43,902 nucleotides of DNA from positions 1 through 43,902 of the IMG/VR virus record IMGVR_UViG_3300025595_000007. One strand, given 5' to 3'. The position numbers and the translations under genes are program-made. Below are positions 8,796 through 17,908 of the stretch, piece by piece (within the stretch, counting starts at the first letter, position 1; every line of letters starts with the position of its first letter). The stretch comes from a virus. Its lineage: Duplodnaviria > Caudoviricetes. The notes under the pieces are model-generated. The model ran no database searches, was not told the origin of the DNA, and saw only the letters and a program-made list of their open reading frames with translations.

Positions 8796-8823
8796 AATAT
8801 ACACTATTTTTAAGGCTTGTCAA
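8796..8823 (-). promoter_or_regulatory. Sigma70-type promoter TTGACA-N16-TATATT
   Basis: Consensus -35; predicted start falls at the 5' edge of the structured leader. Confidence 0.65.
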
Positions 8824-8824
8824 T

Positions 8825-9220
8825 ATGCCCTTCAAAGACCCAAAAGTTCACAAGGCAAAGCACAAGGAATACTCTGCAAAGTACTACGAAAAAAACAAGG
8901 ATGCAGAGAAAGACCGTATCAATGACCGCCGCAGAAAAAAACGCAAGGAGTGGAAGGAGTACAAAGCCAGCCTATCCTGCTCCAGTTGTGGATTTAGCCA
9001 CCCCGCCTGTATAGACTTTCACCATCCGCCGGGAACCAAAGAGTACAGCGTCAACGACTTGGCGCAAAACGGGAGGTTCAAATTAGCTTATGCAGAAGCT
9101 GCAAAGTGCATAGTCTTATGTTCCAACTGCCACCGCATACATCATTACAATGAAAGACAAAAGGAAAAGGGGCATAAGCCCCCTTCCATACCCCAATTGG
9201 GTACAAGCCTACCCAATTAA
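8825..9220 (+). CDS. HNH endonuclease, opposite strand to the late operon
   Basis: CSSCG...IDFHH...KCIVLCSNCHRIHH; basic N-terminus. Confidence 0.8.
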   Translation: MPFKDPKVHKAKHKEYSAKYYEKNKDAEKDRINDRRRKKRKEWKEYKASLSCSSCGFSHPACIDFHHPPGTKEYSVNDLAQNGRFKLAYAEAAKCIVLCSNCHRIHHYNERQKEKGHKPPSIPQLGTSLPN

Positions 9221-9519
9221 GCAGCGACTTCTTCCTCTGCTGCTTCGTCTTCTGCTTCATCTTCTTCGCACTCGTACCAGTCATCAGACTCTTCGTCGTA
9301 TGCGTACCAAACTTCGTTCTCTTCGTCAAACCAGTATGCTACGCCTTCTTCGTCGTACTCATACTCTTCATCGGCAAACTCATCTTCAACTTCATCGCCT
9401 GCGTCAAATTCTTCTAGGCTTTCTACAAAACCTGCAAGTGCCACGGCTTTCCACAATTCAAACGTAGAAAATTCAACTTTCTCACCAAAACCAAAATCAA
9501 TTGTCAGCGTAAATTCCAT
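9217..9519 (-). CDS. Extremely acidic 100-aa protein (start ATG 9519)
   Basis: About 41 D/E, 2 K, no R; aromatic repeats YEYDEE/YWFDEE/YAYDEE; AGGGG RBS. Confidence 0.75.
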   Translation of the reverse strand: MEFTLTIDFGFGEKVEFSTFELWKAVALAGFVESLEEFDAGDEVEDEFADEEYEYDEEGVAYWFDEENEVWYAYDEESDDWYECEEDEAEDEAAEEEVAA

Positions 9520-9562
9520 GATAAACCCCTGTAAAAATGGCGCAGCACGGCGCTGCAACCGT

Positions 9563-9596
9563 ATCCTACGGGCCATTTATGACAGATTTGAAACAA
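9563..9596 (-). promoter_or_regulatory. Candidate Pho-box (OmpR/PhoB-type) promoter
   Basis: Minus strand TTGTTTC-AAAT-CTGTCAT-N10-TAGGAT. Confidence 0.4.
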
Positions 9597-9597
9597 T

Positions 9598-9621
9598 AAA
9601 AAAGGCCCCCGAAGGGGCCTT
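9598..9621 (-). terminator. Intrinsic terminator after major capsid gene
   Basis: Minus strand AAGGCCCC-TTCG-GGGGCCTT-TTTT. Confidence 0.9.
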
Positions 9622-9658
9622 AGTGGCAGGCCAGTCACCTCTACCGTACTGGGGTTTA

Positions 9659-10570
9659 TCAGGTCGAACCGGGAGATCCAAAGATACCCAGAGGATCAGA
9701 CCAGCCGAAGCTGTAACGCTCACGAGCCTTGTAACGGACGTTGCCGGTATCAAAGTCGCCGTCCATGCTGTTGGTCAGCGGGGTACGCTCGAAGTGCTTC
9801 AGGCCGTTTGGAACGTCGGTGGTCAAATACCAGCCGTTCGTGTCGGTCAAGAAGTGGTTCGTAGTGTAGCCTTCAGGGATCGAACCGTTGTTCTTCAGCG
9901 CGTTGATGTCGTTGTCGGTAGTGCCAACGCGGAGGCTGGTTTCCAACAGACGGGTAGCAACGAACATCAGAGCAGGCGGAATAATCAACTTGCGGGGCTT
10001 AGCTGCGATCAGCAGGCCGCGCTCATCAGTCCAAGCTGCGATCTGGATAACTGCGTTTTCCAACGAAGTCTCATTCAGGTCAGCATTGGTAGATGGGCGG
10101 TTGCTGTTGGTTCCACCGTTAACAAGCGGATGCGCAGTGCTGAACAAAGCAACGCCGTCGCCACCGAGGTAGGACGAGGAGAAGCCGTTGTTGATAACCG
10201 ATGCAGCCTTAACTTGCTTGGTGTATGCCATAGCGCGGGCCAGAGCTTTGGTGTAACGAGCCGACAGGGAGTCGTACAAGTTATCTTCCACAGCCTCTTC
10301 CGTGATGGAGAAGCCAAGTGCAATGGTCTCGTGGTTGTACCGAGCGGTGAACGCTTCCTGCGCATTGTCATAAGCAATGGCAGAGCCCTCGTTCTTCACT
10401 GGTGCAGCGCTGAAGCCGGACAGCTTGGTTTCTTCTTCAAAGCTACGCTCCGATTTCTCGGTTTCGTAGATTTCCTTGTGCTCTTCGCCGTAGCGAGCAT
10501 ACTCCAGACCAAACAAAGCGTTCAGACCGGGGAGCAGTTCTTTAAGTAGTTGTGCGCGTGAAATAGCCAT
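9659..10570 (-). CDS. Major capsid protein (Mu gpT-like, HK97 fold)
   Basis: MAISRAQLLKELLPGLNALFG..., FSITEEAVEDNLY, PRKLIIPPAL, YKARERYSFGWSDP; strong RBS; terminator follows. Confidence 0.9.
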   Translation of the reverse strand: MAISRAQLLKELLPGLNALFGLEYARYGEEHKEIYETEKSERSFEEETKLSGFSAAPVKNEGSAIAYDNAQEAFTARYNHETIALGFSITEEAVEDNLYDSLSARYTKALARAMAYTKQVKAASVINNGFSSSYLGGDGVALFSTAHPLVNGGTNSNRPSTNADLNETSLENAVIQIAAWTDERGLLIAAKPRKLIIPPALMFVATRLLETSLRVGTTDNDINALKNNGSIPEGYTTNHFLTDTNGWYLTTDVPNGLKHFERTPLTNSMDGDFDTGNVRYKARERYSFGWSDPLGIFGSPGST

Positions 10571-10580
10571 GATTTACTCC

Positions 10581-11195
10581 TTAGATACCGGTGGTATCAG
10601 TATATTGGTGCAAGTTGAACTTGACCAAGAACTCGTAATAAGTCGTGGCACTATTACCGGCAACGCCAGTAGCAGTATCAGGCACAACGTCAACTACGCG
10701 AATTGGCAAGGTGTTGGTGGTGTTAGCGGAAGTTCCGTCAATACCGTAGTACGAATCACCAGTGGTGGTCGAGCCAGTATTAACCGAAATAGCCACGTTA
10801 GAACCAACAATCGTGCGGTCATAAGCCACAGGAGTGGTGTTCTGACCGTTGGTTGCCACAACACGGAACAAAGCGTTCGGGTCATCAACAACATAGCCAA
10901 AAGCCATGCTGCCAGATGTGGACTGAGACGCAGGATAGTACTGACCTTGAACAGTTTGACCGGACGAGTTAACGTACTGGCAACCAACTAAAACACCAAC
11001 GCTGTCACCGGTAGCGGTAGCAGTTTTGGCGACTAGGTAGCCGCTAGTGTTCACTTGAACAGTGTCACCATTCAAAATTGCGGTAGCGTAAGCTGGCGCA
11101 ATGGGGATTTGACGGATCGCTCCGGCGTAGGGAAGTCCATCCAGTCGATTGACCGGTTTAAATCCATACGTCTTATCGATAGTGGGATAAGCCAT
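10581..11195 (-). CDS. Putative capsid cement/decoration protein
   Basis: Immediately upstream of capsid gene; YGFKPV...ILNGDTV...VGVLVGC...VVDDPNALF. Confidence 0.55.
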   Translation of the reverse strand: MAYPTIDKTYGFKPVNRLDGLPYAGAIRQIPIAPAYATAILNGDTVQVNTSGYLVAKTATATGDSVGVLVGCQYVNSSGQTVQGQYYPASQSTSGSMAFGYVVDDPNALFRVVATNGQNTTPVAYDRTIVGSNVAISVNTGSTTTGDSYYGIDGTSANTTNTLPIRVVDVVPDTATGVAGNSATTYYEFLVKFNLHQYTDTTGI

Positions 11196-11208
11196 GATTA
11201 GTTCCTAA

Positions 11209-11670
11209 TTACTTAATACCATTTCCAAATCCGCCGCGTGATACTGAAGACTTGCGGTCTGCAAATAACGGCATGCGGGGGTCATTTTGTCGCAAAAAGC
11301 TATTGTCCAACGAGTCCATCTGATTTTGTGCTTCGTTGTTGAAATATTCAGCCATAGCTTCTGCCTTCTCGGTAGGAATCTTGCAAAGCATGAGTCCACC
11401 AATTTCAACATTACCTGACTTCTCATTACCAACAATCATAAGCTCTGGATGGTCTGCTGCCTTCACCGGGACATACCCATCACGTAGTTTGCGTGACACG
11501 TTAGGCCGCATTACTTCTGCATTGCCGTGTACCGCAGTCGCTATCCAGCGATATGTGTATCCGGGTTCAGGAGTAGGGTCGGGCAAAGAACTCGACGGTT
11601 TATAAACATAACGAACAGTTTTTTCGCGTGTCGTCAGATCACGATTTGTACGGTTTTGAACTTCAGCCAT
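11209..11670 (-). CDS. Conserved head-module hypothetical protein
   Basis: LPDP.PEPGYTYRWI...GGLMLCKIP; overlaps upstream stop. Confidence 0.7.
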   Translation of the reverse strand: MAEVQNRTNRDLTTREKTVRYVYKPSSSLPDPTPEPGYTYRWIATAVHGNAEVMRPNVSRKLRDGYVPVKAADHPELMIVGNEKSGNVEIGGLMLCKIPTEKAEAMAEYFNNEAQNQMDSLDNSFLRQNDPRMPLFADRKSSVSRGGFGNGIK

Positions 11671-12610
11671 TTTGAGTCTCCAATTTTGCTACTTGAACAG
11701 CGTATTGCTGTGGGGTTAAACCGAATTTTTTAGCTAACGCAACTTGCGTACTTGTCAGCTTAACTTTACCTCCGCTCGTAGAACGAGATGCGGAAGCAAC
11801 CACGGTAGTAGGTCGTCTGGAACCCTCACCGGACGTAGGCTTGTCTTTTACCCCCTTGAATAAACTAGGGAACGTAGACTGTAAGCGAGCATCAATTTGC
11901 TCGAAGTATTGCTCAGAGCGGGGGTCAACCCCGTTTTGTACTAGCTTTTTATGCAGCCCTAGCGCGTAGCTGGTGTATTCCTCAAAACCATCCGCTCCAA
12001 ACCACTGGTTTTTTGCCTGCCAGCGCAGGGTTTTTTCGTCTGGGGGAACTGGTTTTTGCTGAACTTGTTGCGTTTGTACAGGAAAATCTTCGTCTTGTAA
12101 AGGGGTGGGACGGAAATTTTTTGTCTGTTCAACCTTAATTTTGGCATCCATCACGGCTTCTTGGGCCTCAATGATTGCGTCTGTGTCAAAGGCTTCCTGA
12201 GCTTCCTTGAGCCTGCGCCGCGCTATTTGCAGATCGGTTTCCACCTTTTGCTTGATGCCATCAATGACAGCTTCCTGCCCTGTATATACATTTTGCTTGA
12301 GGCGTTTGTTTTCCTCCACCAAGTGTTTGGTAAGGTTTTCAAGTTCCTCTTTTTCCCGCATGATGGATTCTTTGACCCGGCGCTCGTCATGACGGGCGTG
12401 AGTTAGTTCCTTGATGCGGCTTTTTACCTTGTCGGAGTAAGACTCAATTTCTTCTTCCGTGGGGTCAACCACTTCTTTGTCCAGAGGTTTGCGGCCACGA
12501 TCCCGCTCAGGGGTATCGTCTTCGATTTCAATTTCAATATCGTTGTCGCCTTCGATTTCAATATTTACTTTTTTGTCTTCAACTTCGTCTGGGAATTTAA
12601 ATTCAGACAT
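11663..12610 (-). CDS. Putative scaffolding protein
   Basis: Acidic N-terminus, long coiled coil, C-terminal LTSTQVALAKKFGLTPQQYA; lies between portal and capsid. Confidence 0.6.
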   Translation of the reverse strand: MSEFKFPDEVEDKKVNIEIEGDNDIEIEIEDDTPERDRGRKPLDKEVVDPTEEEIESYSDKVKSRIKELTHARHDERRVKESIMREKEELENLTKHLVEENKRLKQNVYTGQEAVIDGIKQKVETDLQIARRRLKEAQEAFDTDAIIEAQEAVMDAKIKVEQTKNFRPTPLQDEDFPVQTQQVQQKPVPPDEKTLRWQAKNQWFGADGFEEYTSYALGLHKKLVQNGVDPRSEQYFEQIDARLQSTFPSLFKGVKDKPTSGEGSRRPTTVVASASRSTSGGKVKLTSTQVALAKKFGLTPQQYAVQVAKLETQNG

Positions 12611-12624
12611 GGTTAGTAACTCCT

Positions 12625-13062
12625 TTAAGCGCGGGTTAAACCGCGTGGGTCTTGCACAACAGCATCAACTTGGTCGTCATTGATGAGGCGGAACTCCTTA
12701 CCAAAGATTTTGAATCTTGTACCGGTATATGTACGTACCAATACAAAATCGCCTTCTTTGCACCAAGGCCCGGTAGGAAACTTGGTTTTATCCGTATACG
12801 CATCTGCACCAACTTTCATTACGAATAGCACCGTGCTGGCGTGCTCTTCTTGGCGCAAACTTGCGGTGTCCCGCACAAGGTCAAGCGATGTACCCGCAAT
12901 CTTTTGATCGACTTCAGGCACGACACACAAAATTTTCCATCCTTGTGGGATAGGTAGCTGTGTGGCTTTTTCCTCAGCAGTTGCTTCGGGTTCAGGAGCA
13001 TCCATTGGTTGGATGAGTTTAGGCAGTGCAAAAGCACCGGGGGACAAATCAACACTATTCAT
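12625..13062 (-). CDS. groES: GroES-like co-chaperonin (probable start ATG 13062)
   Basis: PQGWKIL...VMKVGADAY...KEGDFVLV..YTGTRFKIFGKEFRLINDDQVDAVV matches the Cpn10 pattern. Confidence 0.8.
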   Translation of the reverse strand: MNSVDLSPGAFALPKLIQPMDAPEPEATAEEKATQLPIPQGWKILCVVPEVDQKIAGTSLDLVRDTASLRQEEHASTVLFVMKVGADAYTDKTKFPTGPWCKEGDFVLVRTYTGTRFKIFGKEFRLINDDQVDAVVQDPRGLTRA

Positions 13063-13249
13063 TTGATCTTTCAACTTTCTCAAGCAGGTCAAGGAGATAA
13101 CGCTCTGCAAGGGCTAGACCCGAGATAACCCCACAGAGTTTTTGATACTCGTCAAAAGTGCGACACGCACCCCCAGCCATATCGTCGGCATAGTTGTTCA
13201 TGTCGGTGCGTATTTTTTCGCGCAATACGCGTGCGAAGTCTTGTATCAT
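13055..13249 (-). CDS. Hypothetical protein
   Basis: Overlaps portal stop and GroES start. Confidence 0.7.
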   Translation of the reverse strand: MIQDFARVLREKIRTDMNNYADDMAGGACRTFDEYQKLCGVISGLALAERYLLDLLEKVERSNE

Positions 13250-15765
13250 TTAATTGGTTTCTCTTGTTGTTGGGAAAGTTGTGCCATGTACTGCTGTCTT
13301 TGGTTATGGCTTTGATCTCTGCTCTTAGCAACGTCAATGCCCATGCGGACACCTTCGCGTTGTTGTTGCGCGGCCAATTGAGCCTCGTTGTTTTTGGTGA
13401 GTGCCCCGACTTTCATGGCCTCTAGTTGCAAGTTGCCGGAAATTTTCTTTTCCTCCAGCTTGAGTTTGTCCGCGTTGAGCGCGGCATCGGCGGCAATCTT
13501 GGATGCCTTGAGCTTGAGGTCTTCCTGCTTGATCTGGTTGGCTCCGGCCTTGATCTGCAACTCTTGCTGCTGCATTTGAATCACTGGGTCTTGGGCTTGC
13601 TGCTGGGCTTGGGCCTGTGCAGCTTGCGCTTGGTTCTGCTGCATGACCTGTTGCGCGGCTTGGGCCAACATACCAGATAGCGCCACTTCGATTTGTGGTG
13701 GGAGCTTCTCGTCTTCGGGGGGCATGGGCATGCCCAACTGCTGCTCAATTTGCTGTCGCATCTTGTACCCGGCGTGCTCTGCCATGTGGGCGGTAATTGC
13801 CCCCATGATTTTTTGAGCCTGTGGGTTTTGGCCAATCAACTGCTGCATCATGGGGTCTTGGAGCAGCATCGTGTGGACTTGAATGTGCGCGTCATGGTTC
13901 TGGTACATGAACGCCTTCATGGGCTTACCGTTAAGGGCAGCTTGGTTCTCCGACACGGGGTCAGTTGGCTTCATGTCTTCTTCAATTGGCACAAGTTTGT
14001 CTGCGTTCTTAATTCCCAAAACGTCCAGCATCCCCCTATGCAACTGGGGCAAGTCGTAAATATCCGGGGCCATTTGGGCCATCTGAATAACCGCTTGGTA
14101 CTGGATGACCCGCTGGCTCATGGTCGCCGCATTGGGGTCGGAGACGGGGATCAAGTCAACCAAGTCATAGTCGCCGCGCTTGGCTTTTCGGTTCCCATAC
14201 TCGGGCTGGTACGTGTAGTCTGCGTCCGTGTAATCGCGGATTAAGTTCTTCAGCAGCTTTAGTTCCTGCTTGAGCGCAAAGTGGACACGGGCCTGAACCG
14301 CGGTCATTACCTTAAGCTGGCGTTCCAGCAACGCTAGTGTTGTCCCCACGGGGGCATTTGCCGACATATCGGACACATTAATATCCGCTGTTGATGCGAA
14401 ACGACGACCTTCTTCCACAATGTTGCCCAGCAACTGGTACAAAACTTGGCTTGGCTCTTTGTAAGGTAGCGGTAAGATATTGTCGCGGATGCTGCCAGAA
14501 CCCACGTCCACGTCACGCCACTCTCCCGGAGCGATCGGTGTGTCATCCCCCTTAATGCGCAGCCCACGGGACTTCAAACCACCGGGCAAGTTAGCCAGCG
14601 TACCCGCATCAACCAACTGGCGCATGATGCTGGTGGCCGATTTGGCAAAGCCCCCAATTAAATGGAAGAGACCAAAACCATAGGCCCCAAAGCCCGGAAT
14701 GTACTGATAGTGGACAAAATGTTGCCTTTTAAGCCGCAGGTCATCGTCCTCTTTCCAGTTACGGCGGATGGACAAAACATCGTTTGTGCCTTTTATTAGG
14801 GTTACTACGTAGGGCAGCATGATCCCGGTAGGTTCGCCCTCGTCGTCCTTGTCCTCATGCCCTTCCAAGTCCAAATCCACGTGGCACTCATATAAGGTAT
14901 AGCGCGCATCGCCCAAGTCGTTGAACCCAGTCTCTTTGTCCTTGGCTTTTTGGATGTCCGTACGATCTTTGGGCGCATCGGGCAGTTCGATGTCCAAATA
15001 AAACCCAGCCTGCTGGAGTTTGATAATTTCGTTTTTGGTTTTGCGCATCACGTGCGTCACGCGAAAGCACGTATCCAAGTCCGTGGCCCCGTAGGGGAGC
15101 AAAATATCCTCGGCTGGGATAAACATCGACACTTGACGTCCCAAACTGGGATCGTAATACACCTTTTTAAATGCCGAGCCGGTGGCCGGAAGACTCCACA
15201 GCATGCGCTCATGCTCGGCCCGGAACTCCACCATGTTCTCGGTCAACTCAAAATTCATATCCTCCTCGACCCGCGCTGCGGCCTCGCGCACCTGCGGATC
15301 ATCCAACCCAATGATCTTGGTTTTTACTGGCCCACGGGCAGGAAACGTCTCAGTAATCGTCTCAGCCTGAAAACGTACAACGGCTTCGGTAATCATGGGG
15401 TGGAACACGCCACATGCACCTTGCCACGGCTCCGTACGGTCTTCCATTTGCAGGCCCAAGAGCTTTAAGCCCTCAACGTAAGCCTTCTCCCACTCCTTGC
15501 GCGAGGATTTGTCGTTGTCGATGTCCCCGGCCAAGTCGCCTGCCATAGATTGCAGAACGCTGTCCTCTATATATTCAGCCAAGTTGTCATCAAAGCCTTC
15601 TTCGCCGTCATCTTCTCCCGGCTTTATGCTTATTTCCAAGCCGTCCATACCAATATTTACTTCTTCTGGGTCAACAATTTCAATTTCCAGCGGTTCTTCA
15701 TCTTGCGCAAGGGCGTCGATCCCCACTGGTTGCTGGTATAGGGCTTTATCTACATTGGTGGCCAT
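13246..15765 (-). CDS. Portal protein with long Gln-rich C-terminal extension
   Basis: 839 aa directly downstream of terL; HPMITEAVVRFQA, GSAFKKVYYD, RQLVDAGTLANLPGG. Confidence 0.85.
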   Translation of the reverse strand: MATNVDKALYQQPVGIDALAQDEEPLEIEIVDPEEVNIGMDGLEISIKPGEDDGEEGFDDNLAEYIEDSVLQSMAGDLAGDIDNDKSSRKEWEKAYVEGLKLLGLQMEDRTEPWQGACGVFHPMITEAVVRFQAETITETFPARGPVKTKIIGLDDPQVREAAARVEEDMNFELTENMVEFRAEHERMLWSLPATGSAFKKVYYDPSLGRQVSMFIPAEDILLPYGATDLDTCFRVTHVMRKTKNEIIKLQQAGFYLDIELPDAPKDRTDIQKAKDKETGFNDLGDARYTLYECHVDLDLEGHEDKDDEGEPTGIMLPYVVTLIKGTNDVLSIRRNWKEDDDLRLKRQHFVHYQYIPGFGAYGFGLFHLIGGFAKSATSIMRQLVDAGTLANLPGGLKSRGLRIKGDDTPIAPGEWRDVDVGSGSIRDNILPLPYKEPSQVLYQLLGNIVEEGRRFASTADINVSDMSANAPVGTTLALLERQLKVMTAVQARVHFALKQELKLLKNLIRDYTDADYTYQPEYGNRKAKRGDYDLVDLIPVSDPNAATMSQRVIQYQAVIQMAQMAPDIYDLPQLHRGMLDVLGIKNADKLVPIEEDMKPTDPVSENQAALNGKPMKAFMYQNHDAHIQVHTMLLQDPMMQQLIGQNPQAQKIMGAITAHMAEHAGYKMRQQIEQQLGMPMPPEDEKLPPQIEVALSGMLAQAAQQVMQQNQAQAAQAQAQQQAQDPVIQMQQQELQIKAGANQIKQEDLKLKASKIAADAALNADKLKLEEKKISGNLQLEAMKVGALTKNNEAQLAAQQQREGVRMGIDVAKSRDQSHNQRQQYMAQLSQQQEKPIK

Positions 15766-15782
15766 ATCAAATCCTTAAAAAT

Positions 15783-17321
15783 TCAGTAATACGCCGCACG
15801 GCGCTTGAAATAAACGGGCTCGTCTTTCTCGTCTGAGTCCAACGTGATGAACCCACCCTGCCGATAGCGAAGCAAGGCTTGACTGGTGGTATCTACAAAG
15901 TCGTCATTATCTCCGTTGGGAAACGAAGCCAGTTCCTCAATAACTTCCCGCGCCCAGCGCGTATCTGGAGCCCAGACTTTACCCGAAGCAAACAAGTCTG
16001 CAATAGCATTGACCCGCACTATCTTGTCGTTGCCCCTGCTGGGGTTTGTTTCCTGCACCGGGATACCCATTGCCCGCAGTTCTTGAATAAGTGGAGCACC
16101 TGCGGACTTTTTCTCCACAATAAACGCATCGGGCTCCCACTCTTTATAGTGCTTTAGCGCTGCGGCTTTAAGGTCTGGAAAAGTCATGCGGTCTTTAAAT
16201 GCGTCCAGCAGTATTATCTGCGCCTCATCGCGTTCTTCCTCGTTGTAGAACACTCCCCACGTTGTGCAGGCCGAGTAGTCCGAATTGTTTTTTATCTCGT
16301 GGGCCGTATCCCATGACTGGATTATGTACTCACACTTTGGCGGCTCTTCGGGCTCCCAGATTCTCCAAAGTTTTCTACTAACTATGGCCGCTGCGTTGGA
16401 GGTAGGCTGCTGCATGTACTGTGCGTTCCAGTACTGCGGGTCAATGGATGCCTTGGTTGTCTTTAATTGCTCCAGCGGCCACTGCTCAGGCCAAAGGGAT
16501 TTCTCGTCCTCAGTATCCTCGTTTAAAATAGCCGGAAGTTCTACGATCTCCCACGGCTCGGCGTTGGGGTTCTTGGTCTGGTAATCAATTAACCGGCCTG
16601 TCAAATCAAGTTTACCCCAGCGCGTCATCACAATAATGATCGCCCCTCCGGGCATCAAGCGCTGCAACGGGCCAGTTTGAAACCACGACCATGCTGTATC
16701 AAAAGCAAGGCGGCTGTTGGCCTTTACATCCTGCTCAGAGTGAGGGTCATCAATGACAAATAGATCAGCGCCGCGACCGGCAAGAGCACCGCCCACACCA
16801 GCAGCGTAATACTGACCCCCCGCCGCAGTACTCCATTTGCCCGCAGCTTTCTGATCGTCCGCAACCAAAGTGCTTGGAAAAACCTCATGGTAGTCCTCAC
16901 TATCAATTAAGTTTCGTACACGCCTGCCAAAGTCTTCTGACAACCCGGCAGTGTGGGTCGCCATAATAATCTTTTTCTCAGGGTATTTGCCAAGGAAATA
17001 AGCGGGGAACAGGTAGGAAGAAAACTCGGACTTACCCATACGCGGGGCAATATTAATAATCACGCGTTTTTTCTTGCCTTCAATAACGTCCGTGAAAATT
17101 CTAGCCAGTTTTTTGTGGTGTGGCCCGACCTTGAACCCCGGATACACAGCGTTGGCGAAACCCAACATGTTGCCCTGCGCTGCTTGCAAAGTGGCACGGC
17201 GCTCCCGGATCTCCAAATCCGCAAACAACTCCAGCTTTTCGGCCAACGTCATTGTCGGCAAGGCCAACTGAAGTGCTGCAAGCTCAGCTTTTGTCAGAGA
17301 AGTTATTTTTTCAGTCGTCAT
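15783..17321 (-). CDS. terL: Terminase large subunit
   Basis: Walker A APRMGKS, Walker B LFVIDDPH, MTRW, nuclease SWDTA and DDFVD. Confidence 0.95.
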   Translation of the reverse strand: MTTEKITSLTKAELAALQLALPTMTLAEKLELFADLEIRERRATLQAAQGNMLGFANAVYPGFKVGPHHKKLARIFTDVIEGKKKRVIINIAPRMGKSEFSSYLFPAYFLGKYPEKKIIMATHTAGLSEDFGRRVRNLIDSEDYHEVFPSTLVADDQKAAGKWSTAAGGQYYAAGVGGALAGRGADLFVIDDPHSEQDVKANSRLAFDTAWSWFQTGPLQRLMPGGAIIIVMTRWGKLDLTGRLIDYQTKNPNAEPWEIVELPAILNEDTEDEKSLWPEQWPLEQLKTTKASIDPQYWNAQYMQQPTSNAAAIVSRKLWRIWEPEEPPKCEYIIQSWDTAHEIKNNSDYSACTTWGVFYNEEERDEAQIILLDAFKDRMTFPDLKAAALKHYKEWEPDAFIVEKKSAGAPLIQELRAMGIPVQETNPSRGNDKIVRVNAIADLFASGKVWAPDTRWAREVIEELASFPNGDNDDFVDTTSQALLRYRQGGFITLDSDEKDEPVYFKRRAAYY

Positions 17322-17898
17322 GCACTGATTTTTCTGACACGTCTGTTACTTCTTGGATGTCTACCACGCCCATGAACTTGGATAGCTTGTCCTTGATGCG
17401 CTGGTCAAGCTCGTTATCTGTTAGGGCTTCTTTCTTCACCTCAATCTTGTCTGTGAACAACCCAATCTCCGTCACTTTGCCCAACAGGCCAAGCGCTTTT
17501 AGGCGGATGTTGGCGCTGGGGTTCTTAGTTTCCTCGACCAACTGGGCTACAGCGTAGCCTCGCAACTGCTGCGCTTGGTGAATAAACTGCCAGTCGTAGG
17601 CTGTAAGCATGCCCACAATGTGCTGGACGGCCTCTGGGGTCTTGACTTCTGCAATGGAGGCGTGGGTAATCTGAGTAGGGGCGTTTGTGATGAGGTTAGC
17701 AAACGCAGAGCGTGCCGCGGCTTGGTTTAGCTTGGTAGTAATAGTGTCTGAATCTACCGCGCCTAGTTCTGTCAACCAGTCCTTGGTCTTGATTTTGGCG
17801 TCAAGCGCTTGCGCTGGAGTCACCTCGTCGGTGTCCAGTATGTGCTCCGAACTGTTGTTAAAAACATCCGGTTCAAATTCAATTAGGTGGTCAAACAT
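17311..17898 (-). CDS. Probable terminase small subunit
   Basis: First late gene, overlaps terL start; RLKALGLLGK...GLFTDKIEV resembles TerS C-termini. Confidence 0.6.
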   Translation of the reverse strand: MFDHLIEFEPDVFNNSSEHILDTDEVTPAQALDAKIKTKDWLTELGAVDSDTITTKLNQAAARSAFANLITNAPTQITHASIAEVKTPEAVQHIVGMLTAYDWQFIHQAQQLRGYAVAQLVEETKNPSANIRLKALGLLGKVTEIGLFTDKIEVKKEALTDNELDQRIKDKLSKFMGVVDIQEVTDVSEKSVHDD

Positions 17899-17908
17899 GC
17901 GTAAGCCC

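Noticed and set aside
9622-9661. Hairpin/pseudoknot after the capsid stop as a readthrough signal or ribozyme
   Set aside because: Tandem TGA-TAA stops and a terminator follow; pairings are short and do not fit an HDV-like topology.
9518-10549. 343-aa plus-strand ORF and similar long antisense ORFs elsewhere
   Set aside because: Shadow frames of well-supported genes, lacking RBS and motifs.
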